A DNA stretch of 13,264 bases from Archangiaceae bacterium (GTDB taxonomy: Bacteria; Myxococcota; Myxococcia; Myxococcales; Myxococcaceae), in NCBI GenBank assembly GCA_043750125.1, contig JAYVCD010000418.1:1-13264 (forward strand). Direction: 5' to 3'. Positions 1-6,802 of the stretch are shown piece by piece (position 1 is the stretch's first letter; each line of letters starts with the position of its first letter). The translations under genes and the position numbers were made by a program. The notes beneath the pieces were generated by a model. It had not been told where the DNA came from. It worked only from the letters and a program-made list of their open reading frames with translations, and made no database searches.

Positions 1-107
1 CAGTTTTCGTTGGCCCAGGTGCCGGTGATCGGGTCGTCCGGCCCCTTGCCACCACAGCCAATCGAGAGAATCAGCGCCGCCAGCGGGAGTACGATTCGAA
101 CCATCAT
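1..107 (-). CDS. 5' part of a putative lipoprotein (runs off the left edge)
   Basis: Manual minus-strand translation from ATG at 107: MMVRIVLPLAALILSIG-C-GGKGPDDPITGTWANEN. Basic residue, hydrophobic stretch and lipobox-like SIGC; SD-like GAGGT at 119-115. Not in the ORF track because it is truncated. Confidence 0.75.
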   Translation of the reverse strand, partial: MMVRIVLPLAALILSIGCGGKGPDDPITGTWANEN

Positions 108-130
108 TTGCGATACCTCGGTGTTGGGGT

Positions 131-146
131 TTTCCATGATTGGAAA
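131..146. promoter_or_regulatory. Palindrome TTTCCA-N4-TGGAAA, possible operator of the left-edge lipoprotein gene
   Basis: Perfect 6-bp arms in an AT-richer patch about 25 bp upstream of the ATG at 107; extends with a bulge to GGG/CCC. Confidence 0.3.
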
Positions 147-840
147 CCCGGCATCCGCAGCCTGTGTCGCTGACGCGATGTGGGCCGGGTCAATGCACTT
201 ACCGAGCCCTGTACGCAAAGCCGCGTCACAAGGAGCATTCTTCGCGCCGCGCCCGAGGCGGCTTGCCTCATCGAGGCGCTTTGGCGGGAACCCGCGGGAC
301 TGCCACCAGGGAGATTGACCGCCCGTAAATCCTCGCCCGGAAGAGGGCGCAACGCAGGGCGATGCCGCGGGGGAGCTGGGAATAAATCGCTGGTCGTTGG
401 CGAAGTGGTGGCAGAAGAATTCCGATCGTCCTCGGACGAGCAGGACGGCTTTCGAGCTGGACGCTCAGGGGGCCCGACTCAAGGAAGAGATCGACGCCAT
501 CGGGCCGCGCTCTCCTTCTCGAGCTGGGCCCGTGCGCAACGCGCAGACCAGAGGCAGCTGCACCGTCGGCAACGATCGCGACCGCCTGCAACTTCCGGCT
601 TCGGTCCGGCTGGCCTCGCCCCAGTCCATCGCGACACGCTCTCCCCACGGGATGCCCAGCTTCTTCGCGAGCGCCGCGACCCGCGCCCCGTTGTGCCGAT
701 GCTGCTCGAGCTTCTGGGGAAGCTCGGATGATCGGGTACATCTGCCAACACCGCAGTCCGGGCAAGAGAGGCAGCAACGTCGACAAACGACCGCCCTGCC
801 AGCACCTTGCAGATCTGCCGCGGGCGATTAGTGGCCATCA

Positions 841-3228
841 TCACGAGTCGGCCAACCCGCGGCGCCGCGCCTCCAGCGCCAGCTTGGCGAGTTCGATCAG
901 CGTCACCACAACCAGACCCAATCCACAGGTGAGCGCGAGCTGCGAGGCCGTGAGCGGGGCCAGCTTGAAAAGCGCGCGGGTGAATGGCAGCTCGACGAGA
1001 GCGACCTGAAGCACCAGGGTGAGCCCGACGACCCACAGCAACCCGCGGTTGGTGAAGATGCCGGTTCGCCAGAAGATCTTCTGATTGTCTCGTGCCGAAA
1101 GCGCGCGAAAGGTCTGCGAAAACACGATCACACAAAACGCCATCGTCCGTGCGTGCGCGACACTGAGCGCCGCTGCAGCCCAGACGAACACCGCGAGCGC
1201 CATGGTCGCTTCGAGCACTCCCACCGCGACGATGAAGAGCCACTCCCTTCGGCCGAGCATCGCCGCGCCTGGGCGACGAGGCTCGCGTGTCAGCACCGAC
1301 TGCGGAGGCTTATCGAACACCAGCATCAAGCTGGGCAGCCCATCGGTCACGAGATTGATCCACAGCAACTGCAGCGGCAGCAGCGGAACCGGAAGCCCCA
1401 CCAGCGCCGCTCCGAACATCACCAACAGCTCGCCCAGGTTTCCTCCCAGCAGGTAGGTGAGGGCCTTGCGGATGTTCTCGAAGATGCCGCGGCCCTCCTC
1501 AACCGCGGCGACGATGCTCGCGTAGTTGTCGTCGGTCAGCACCATGTCTGCCGCCTCGCGCGACACCTGGCTGCCGGTCTTGCCCATCGCGATCCCGATG
1601 TGGGCCTCCCGCAGCGCGGGCGAGTCGTTGACGCCGTCGCCCGTCATCGCAACCACCTCCCCCGCTGCCTTGAGCTCACGAACGATCTTCAGCTTGTCGC
1701 CGGCCGTCGCACGCGCGTAGACCGCAGGACGTCCCGGCACCTCGCCTTCGAGGATCCCGAGCTCTTTCGCGATTGCCCGCGCCGTCGTTGCGTGATCTCC
1801 GGTCACCATCACCGTGCGAATTCCAGCAGCCCGCGCTTTCTCGACCGCCTCGATCGCCTCGGGCCGTGGCGGGTCCGCCAGTCCCAGCAGTCCCTGGTAA
1901 TCCAGCGGCCCGTCGAGGCCCTGGGTCCCGATCGCCACGGCGAGGACCCTCAGCCCTGCCCCTGCCAGTTGGTCATTCTGCTCGAGCAGATCGGCCGGCC
2001 GGTCGCTGCAGCGCGGGGCAAGCACTTCGACGGCACCTTTGAAATAGACGCGGCCGTCAGCCCGGCCAATCGCCATGAACTTGCGTTCGGAATCAAACGG
2101 CACCACCTGCAGCCGCGGAGCCTGAACTTCGATCTTCTCTCGGGTAATCCCGACCTTTGCTGCCGCCGCGAGGATCGCCAGCTCGGTCGAATCTCCGGTC
2201 GAAGGTCTTGCTGGATCTTCGGAGTACTCGGCGTCACTTGCTGCCGCGGCCGCGTAGAGCAGCGCCTTCTCGTCAGTGCCACGGGTCTGGCGTAAGGCCA
2301 TCACTCCTGTGGTGAGGGTGCCGGTCTTGTCGGTGCAGATGACCGTCGCCGCGCCAAGGGTCTCCACCGCATGGAGGTGCCGCACGATGACGTTGCGCCT
2401 GGCCATCCGCTGGATCCCAACCGCCAGCGCGACCGTGACGATCGTCGCCAGCCCTTCGGGTACAGCGGCGACCGCGAGCGAGATCGCAGTCAGTGCTACC
2501 TCCATCAACGGCTCTCCTCGCCAAAGCCCAAGTGCCGCGACCACCGCGACGATGCCCACACAGGCGAACACCAATAATCGGCCCACCTTCTCGAGCTGCT
2601 TCTGCAGCGGGGTAGTCGGATCCTGGGCCGCCGCGAGCAATCCGGCGATCTTCCCCATCTCGGTCCGGGGACCGGTTGCCCGCACCCAGGCGCGCGCCAG
2701 CCCGGTCATCACCGAGGTCCCCATGAAGACACTGTCCGGCTTTGACCCGGCACTCTTACGAACCGGGACGCTCTCTCCGGTAAGGATCGCCTCGGAGGTC
2801 TGCAGTTGGTGCGCCTCGACGAGCTCACCATCGGCCGGAACCACATCGCCCGCCTCGAGCACCATCAGGTCGCCGGGCACGACGTTCATCGCCTCGATGT
2901 CGACGACGTGTCCGTCGCGAAGCACCCGAGCACGCGGCGCGGCGAGGGCGCGCAACGCGTGGATGCTCTTCTCAGCACGGTATTCCTGGAGAAAGCCGAC
3001 CACTGTGTTGATGACCAGGATCGCCGCGATCGCCACCGCGTCGACCTGCTCGCCGATGGCCGAAGAAACCCCCGCGGCCACGACCAGCAACCAGAACATC
3101 GTGCCTTTCAGCTGGCCGAGCAGCGTGTTCCAGACGGTCCTCGTGTTGTGGCGATCGAATTCGTTTGGGCCCGCCTCTCGCAGCAGACGCGCTGCCTCCG
3201 CGGTGCTCAAGCCGGCTGGTGTCTGCAT
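841..3228 (-). CDS. Cation-transporting P-type ATPase, type IIA (Ca2+/PacL/CtpF-like), 795 aa
   Basis: Motifs TGES (A domain), VAAVPEGL (M4), DKTGTLT (phosphorylation site), FDSERK, KGA, DPPR, TGD, GDGVND, M5 NLGE and M6 WINLVTD; multiple TM segments. Confidence 0.96.
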   Translation of the reverse strand: MQTPAGLSTAEAARLLREAGPNEFDRHNTRTVWNTLLGQLKGTMFWLLVVAAGVSSAIGEQVDAVAIAAILVINTVVGFLQEYRAEKSIHALRALAAPRARVLRDGHVVDIEAMNVVPGDLMVLEAGDVVPADGELVEAHQLQTSEAILTGESVPVRKSAGSKPDSVFMGTSVMTGLARAWVRATGPRTEMGKIAGLLAAAQDPTTPLQKQLEKVGRLLVFACVGIVAVVAALGLWRGEPLMEVALTAISLAVAAVPEGLATIVTVALAVGIQRMARRNVIVRHLHAVETLGAATVICTDKTGTLTTGVMALRQTRGTDEKALLYAAAAASDAEYSEDPARPSTGDSTELAILAAAAKVGITREKIEVQAPRLQVVPFDSERKFMAIGRADGRVYFKGAVEVLAPRCSDRPADLLEQNDQLAGAGLRVLAVAIGTQGLDGPLDYQGLLGLADPPRPEAIEAVEKARAAGIRTVMVTGDHATTARAIAKELGILEGEVPGRPAVYARATAGDKLKIVRELKAAGEVVAMTGDGVNDSPALREAHIGIAMGKTGSQVSREAADMVLTDDNYASIVAAVEEGRGIFENIRKALTYLLGGNLGELLVMFGAALVGLPVPLLPLQLLWINLVTDGLPSLMLVFDKPPQSVLTREPRRPGAAMLGRREWLFIVAVGVLEATMALAVFVWAAAALSVAHARTMAFCVIVFSQTFRALSARDNQKIFWRTGIFTNRGLLWVVGLTLVLQVALVELPFTRALFKLAPLTASQLALTCGLGLVVVTLIELAKLALEARRRGLADS

Positions 3229-3242
3229 GGATGCAACCCCCG

Positions 3243-3258
3243 AGCAACTCCTGTGCCT
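3243..3258 (-). promoter_or_regulatory. Putative sigma54 (-24/-12) promoter of the ATPase
   Basis: Minus strand AGGCAC-AGGAG-TTGCT versus consensus TGGCAC-N5-TTGCW; the -12 C is 16 nt before the A of the ATG at 3228. Confidence 0.7.
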
Positions 3259-3360
3259 TCAGAAATTGCGTCAGCCTGGATGTGGCGCCGAGGGCGAGGG
3301 CACCCACTTCGCCCGCGGCATTCGATCGCCTACGGCGCCCAACGCCCGGGCTCGCCGCTT

Positions 3361-3375
3361 GCGTAAGCACCGCGC
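3361..3375. promoter_or_regulatory. Possible enhancer-binding-protein site GCGTA-N5-CGCGC
   Basis: Two mismatches to GCGCA-N5-TGCGC, about 100 bp upstream of the ATPase -24 box. Weak in GC-rich DNA. Confidence 0.25.
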
Positions 3376-3567
3376 GGACGGCGCTTTTCAAGGCAGGACA
3401 CATCTACCCGGGCGATCCCTCGATGGAATTCTCCGCAGCTGCGCTGGTGCTGGTGCGCTCGGTGGACGCGCCCGTGAGCTGCTTGCCCAGCCTGCATGTC
3501 GCCCTCAGTTCGGTGAGCGCGCTCGCCCTCGGGCGGTGGCCTCCTGCATCGCCCCGGAGCCCAGCAA

Positions 3568-4026
3568 TCATCGGGGCGTCTGCTTGCTGGCCGCCCGTCG
3601 CGTTGCCGGCGAGCGTCGAGGAGCAGGCTTCGGTTGGTGTGCCAACAGTTCGACCAGCGCGTGCAGAGCGTCGGTGGAGGTGAAGAGACCCACCACCTGA
3701 TCGTGCTCCATCACCACAGCTGAGCCGACCTTGTTCTTCCACATGTGCAGCACCACAGACCGCAACGAAGCGGCCCGACTCACGACGTAGGGCCCCTGGC
3801 TCATCGCCTCTTCGACCGGGACCTTCTCCGGGTCGACGCCCTGGATCGTCTCGAGAAAATACAAGTCGCGCTGGCTGACCAACCCGACGAGCCGGCTGCC
3901 ATCCAACACCGGCAGGTGACGGATACGATTGGCGCGCATCAACCGGTGGGCGTCGGCCAGAGTGCGATCGACGCGGATCGAGTGAGGGGCTGGAGCTGCG
4001 TAGTCGGCAATGGTGGGTTGGGTCAT
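3568..4026 (-). CDS. Stand-alone CBS-pair (Bateman module) protein, 152 aa
   Basis: Two CBS repeats: MRANRIRHLPVLDGSRLVGLVSQRDL and MWKNKVGSAVVMEHDQVVGLFTSTDAL. Confidence 0.93.
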   Translation of the reverse strand: MTQPTIADYAAPAPHSIRVDRTLADAHRLMRANRIRHLPVLDGSRLVGLVSQRDLYFLETIQGVDPEKVPVEEAMSQGPYVVSRAASLRSVVLHMWKNKVGSAVVMEHDQVVGLFTSTDALHALVELLAHQPKPAPRRSPATRRAASKQTPR

Positions 4027-4037
4027 GCCCGACAGGG

Positions 4038-4053
4038 AGCAACCGTTGGACCA
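4038..4053 (-). promoter_or_regulatory. Putative sigma54 promoter of the minus-strand CBS gene
   Basis: Minus strand TGGTCC-AACGG-TTGCT (GG-N10-GC). Predicted +1 near 4027, next to the ATG at 4026; no SD. Confidence 0.7.
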
Positions 4054-4084
4054 GCGACGTACCGCCCCTGCGTTCGGGTCCCCA

Positions 4085-4101
4085 CGTGCAGAACCTGCAC
4101 G
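4085..4101. promoter_or_regulatory. Perfect palindrome CGTGCA-N5-TGCACG, candidate sigma54 activator site shared by the divergent CBS genes
   Basis: cgtgca gaacc tgcacg lies in the divergent intergenic region, between the two sigma54-like boxes. Confidence 0.55.
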
Positions 4102-4168
4102 GATTCAGAGGCCCGAGCGCGGTGAGAAGCAAGCAGCTTGGTATTCAGCTCCGCAACCGGAGTGACGT

Positions 4169-4184
4169 TGGCCTCGAAAGTGCC
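4169..4184 (+). promoter_or_regulatory. Possible sigma54 promoter of the plus-strand CBS gene
   Basis: TGGCCT-CGAAA-GTGCC (GG-N10-GC), about 50 nt before the ATG at 4233. Weaker -12 box than the others. Confidence 0.45.
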
Positions 4185-4232
4185 TTGCACTGCGTCAGTC
4201 ATTGGGAATCCCGCCAAACATTGAAAGGAACA

Positions 4233-4919
4233 ATGGACGACGACCCTCAAGACCGGGAATTCCCACGAGGCGCCGCAGAACCGCGGGTCGGGCTTCCCGT
4301 GCGGTTGAGAACGGTCGCTCGACCCGAGCAGGGCGAACGCGCCGAAGCGTCGACCGTACATTGCCCGGTCATTCAGGGGTCGCGCTCCGTAGAGCACTGC
4401 ATGCGGTGCCCCCGATTTAAAGGCCTGGGGCGCGACGAACGGGGAGTTCTTGTTCACTGCCGGCCCGGTTCCGGCATTATCCCCACCACGGACCTCGCAG
4501 ATGCGGTCAACACCACACCGACCGGTGAGCTGCTCGGCGCCGAGGTGATGTGCCTGGACTGTGAGCTCGCGGCATCCAAGGCGGCGGAACTCCTCCAGGC
4601 TCGCGGCGTCCGGTCCGCGCCTGTGGTCGACGATCATGGAGTGCTGATCGGCGTCGTCGAGGTCAGCGCGCTCCGCCGTGCATGCGAGGACGCAGAGACG
4701 TTGCGCGGCTACGCGTTGGGCGCGACGGCTCCAGAAGTCGAGGACGCAATGACCTACACGGGGGCTGCGCTCAGCGAGTCTGCGTCAATCGCCCAGGCGG
4801 CGCGCTTGATGGCCACCCGGGGCGTCGAGAGCGTCACTGTGGTCAGTCAGGACCAACAGGTGCTGGGGGTGCTCACTGCGATGGACCTGGTTCGCTGGTT
4901 GGCAACGCTTGGCGGCTGA
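4233..4919 (+). CDS. CBS-pair protein with N-terminal Cys-rich (C-x11-C-x2-C-x16-C) domain, 228 aa
   Basis: ATG at 4233 preceded by AAAGGA. CBS repeats LQARGVRSAPVVDDHGVLIGVV and MATRGVESVTVVSQDQQVLGVLTAMDL; N-terminal HCPVIQGSRSVEHCMRCP...VHC. Confidence 0.9.
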   Translation: MDDDPQDREFPRGAAEPRVGLPVRLRTVARPEQGERAEASTVHCPVIQGSRSVEHCMRCPRFKGLGRDERGVLVHCRPGSGIIPTTDLADAVNTTPTGELLGAEVMCLDCELAASKAAELLQARGVRSAPVVDDHGVLIGVVEVSALRRACEDAETLRGYALGATAPEVEDAMTYTGAALSESASIAQAARLMATRGVESVTVVSQDQQVLGVLTAMDLVRWLATLGG

Positions 4920-5013
4920 GGCGAGGCGTCACGACAAGCACTCTTTGGCAAAGGCGGCATCGAACAGCAGGGAAGCGCGCCCACGGGGTTTCCAACGGGC
5001 CGCGGCGCTTGAA

Positions 5014-5028
5014 ATGCACCGATTGCGC
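5014..5028. promoter_or_regulatory. Candidate activator site ATGCA-N5-TGCGC upstream of the USP gene
   Basis: Same TGCA-N5-TGCR pattern as 4085-4101, about 50 bp upstream of the -24 box. A weaker copy GTGCG-N5-TGCGT is at 5042-5056. Confidence 0.4.
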
Positions 5029-5078
5029 CGGCGTTGAAGACGTGCGGCTTCTGCGTCGACGGCCCGCTGAGGCACGTG

Positions 5079-5094
5079 CGGCCCGCCGATTGCT
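5079..5094 (+). promoter_or_regulatory. Putative sigma54 promoter of the USP gene
   Basis: CGGCCC-GCCGA-TTGCT (GG-N10-GC). Predicted +1 near 5105, ATG at 5108, no SD. Confidence 0.65.
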
Positions 5095-5107
5095 GTACCG
5101 ACAGTGC

Positions 5108-6391
5108 ATGTCGATGCTCTGCGCTACCAATTTTTCCCCTGAGGCGATCACCGCCACCACCTTTGCTGCAGAGCTTTCCCGTCAACGCCGAGAGAATCTC
5201 TGGCTCGCCTTTGTGATGCCGGAAAACGCCGCGAAAGCCTTTGGCGAAGCGGTCTTCAAGACTGCGGATGAGACGCTGAAGAACGAGGCTGCGCGGGCTC
5301 GCAAGCTGGGCGCCAACGTCACGCCCGCGCTTCTGATCGGCAAGCTTCACACCGAGCTTCCGCGGTTCGCTGCCGAGAACAAAGTTGGGCTGGTTATTAC
5401 CGGCGACACCCGCAAAGAGCCCAACTTCATCGGCACCGGGACGCTCGCGCGTCTGGCGCAACACCTCGAGGCTCCGCTGTGGGTCGTGCGCGACCCGGCC
5501 CCGCTCCTTGCCTGGGCGAAAGGCGAGCGGCCACTGAAGGTGATGCTGGCGATGGATCGAACCCAGAGCACCCAGGTAGCTGTCGAGTGGCTGTCGAAGC
5601 TCTGCCGCTATGGAAGGATCGACGTCGTTGGCGCGCATGTCTATTGGCCGGCAGTCGAAGCGCAGCGGATGGGGCTGCCACCGCTCCGGACCTGGGACGA
5701 GCAGCGACCTGAGATTCTCGAGGCGTTGCACCGCGAGCTGCTGGGGATGCTGCCTCCCACCCTGAGCCAACGGGTACGAATCGCGCCGGCGCTCGGGCGG
5801 GCGTCGGAGCACGTGAACGCGCTGGCCGCCGAAGAGGGCGTTGACCTGCTGGTGCTCGGCACTCACCGCCGCCAGGCGCTGGGACAGCTTTGGAGCGTCT
5901 CCGAGCAGTGCCTCCAGTTGGCGTCGATGTCGGTCGTTTCGATTCCGGCCGGCGCCGGGACCCAGGACCCGAAGCCTGCGTTGCATCGGGTCGAGCGGAT
6001 TCTTGCGGCCAGCGACTTTTCCCCGACGGCGGACCGCGCGATCACCTGGGCGCTGTCGATTCTCGCCAGAGGCGGCACCGCAGACCTGGTGAATGTCGTT
6101 CCTTGCGCTGTCGGCGCGGTCGCAGAGCGGCAGCTGATCGATCGGCTGCTCGAACGGCTGCCGCCGGAAGCGCGCGCCAACAAGCTCAACGCCGTGGGGC
6201 ACGTATTGGTCGGCCCGAATGCTGCCCAGGCCATCTCGGCAGCGGCTGAGCGCTTCAACAGTCAGGTGATCTGCCTCGGCTCGCGCGGGCACTCAGGCCT
6301 GGTCAAGCTGATGCTCGGTTCGACGGCGCAAGGCGTCCTCGAGGCTGTCTCGAGCCGGCCAGTAATGGTCGTCCGGCCAGTCGAAGCCTGA
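5108..6391 (+). CDS. Universal stress protein with three tandem USP domains, 427 aa
   Basis: Domain starts MLCATNFS, VMLAMDRT and ILAASDFS; motifs DLLVLGT and VICLGSRGHSGLVKLMLGSTAQGVL...PVMVVR. Start set at ATG 5108, where USP similarity begins. Confidence 0.93.
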   Translation: MSMLCATNFSPEAITATTFAAELSRQRRENLWLAFVMPENAAKAFGEAVFKTADETLKNEAARARKLGANVTPALLIGKLHTELPRFAAENKVGLVITGDTRKEPNFIGTGTLARLAQHLEAPLWVVRDPAPLLAWAKGERPLKVMLAMDRTQSTQVAVEWLSKLCRYGRIDVVGAHVYWPAVEAQRMGLPPLRTWDEQRPEILEALHRELLGMLPPTLSQRVRIAPALGRASEHVNALAAEEGVDLLVLGTHRRQALGQLWSVSEQCLQLASMSVVSIPAGAGTQDPKPALHRVERILAASDFSPTADRAITWALSILARGGTADLVNVVPCAVGAVAERQLIDRLLERLPPEARANKLNAVGHVLVGPNAAQAISAAAERFNSQVICLGSRGHSGLVKLMLGSTAQGVLEAVSSRPVMVVRPVEA

Positions 6392-6414
6392 GTGTTCCGC
6401 CGTCTTCACCCTGC

Positions 6415-6437
6415 AGATCCCCCCTGGGGATCTTTTT
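6415..6437 (+). terminator. Rho-independent terminator after the USP gene
   Basis: AGATCCCC-cct-GGGGATCT followed by TTTT, 23 nt after the stop codon. Confidence 0.75.
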
Positions 6438-6439
6438 GC

Positions 6440-6710
6440 GGACTCAATGTCTCAGCGCAAATCGGTGCACCAGACTCACACGGCTACGTCAACGGGCTGT
6501 CGGTGGGCGGCAAGTTGTTCGTGCCCGCCGCATCGCAGCTGGGCGCGGGGGTCACGGCGACGGGCGGCGTGCGACTGCGATCCGTCACAGCTTTCGGACC
6601 TCGACCCCGCGACGGGAACTCAGCGCAGGTTGCTCACTCCACTCAAAGGAAGCTGCACCAACATTCACTCGGTGCTGCCCACGGACGATGGGCGCTTTCT
6701 GCTCGCGGTA
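6440..6710 (+). pseudogene. Unassigned coding remnant(s), possibly beta-propeller-like
   Basis: Protein-like peptides in two different frames (GYVNGLSVGGKLFVPAASQLG; LSDLDPATGTQRRLL...IHSVLPTDDGRFLLAV) with no credible start or RBS. Confidence 0.3.
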
Positions 6711-6711
6711 G

Positions 6712-6765
6712 CGCGTCGATGCGCTGATGGATTCCGTCGCCAAGAACATGCGCCGGGACCTGCTG
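6712..6765 (+). repeat. 54-bp perfect direct repeat, copy 1
   Basis: cgcgtcgatgcgctgatggattccgtcgccaagaacatgcgccgggacctgctg is identical to 8736-8789; flanking bases differ on both sides. Confidence 0.97.
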
Positions 6766-6802
6766 CTGCTCCTTGACCCGACGGTGCCGAACTTCCGATG
6801 GG

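Noticed and set aside
1153-3700. Long plus-strand ORFs 1153-2295 and 2276-3700
   Set aside because: Antisense shadows of the ATPase in high-GC DNA; Arg/Ser/Thr-rich with no motifs.
4169-4186. Overlapping minus-strand GG-N10-GC (AGGCAC-TTTCG-AGGC)
   Set aside because: Poor -12 box, and the minus-strand CBS gene already has a better promoter at 4053-4038.
4086-4232. Longer GTG start for the plus-strand CBS gene
   Set aside because: The extension runs over the palindrome and promoter; ATG 4233 has a good SD.
4682-5107. 569-aa version of the USP ORF
   Set aside because: Overlaps the CBS gene and promoter; the extension is not protein-like and USP similarity starts at 5108.
4847-6292. 481-aa minus-strand ORF
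   Set aside because: Antisense shadow of the USP gene.
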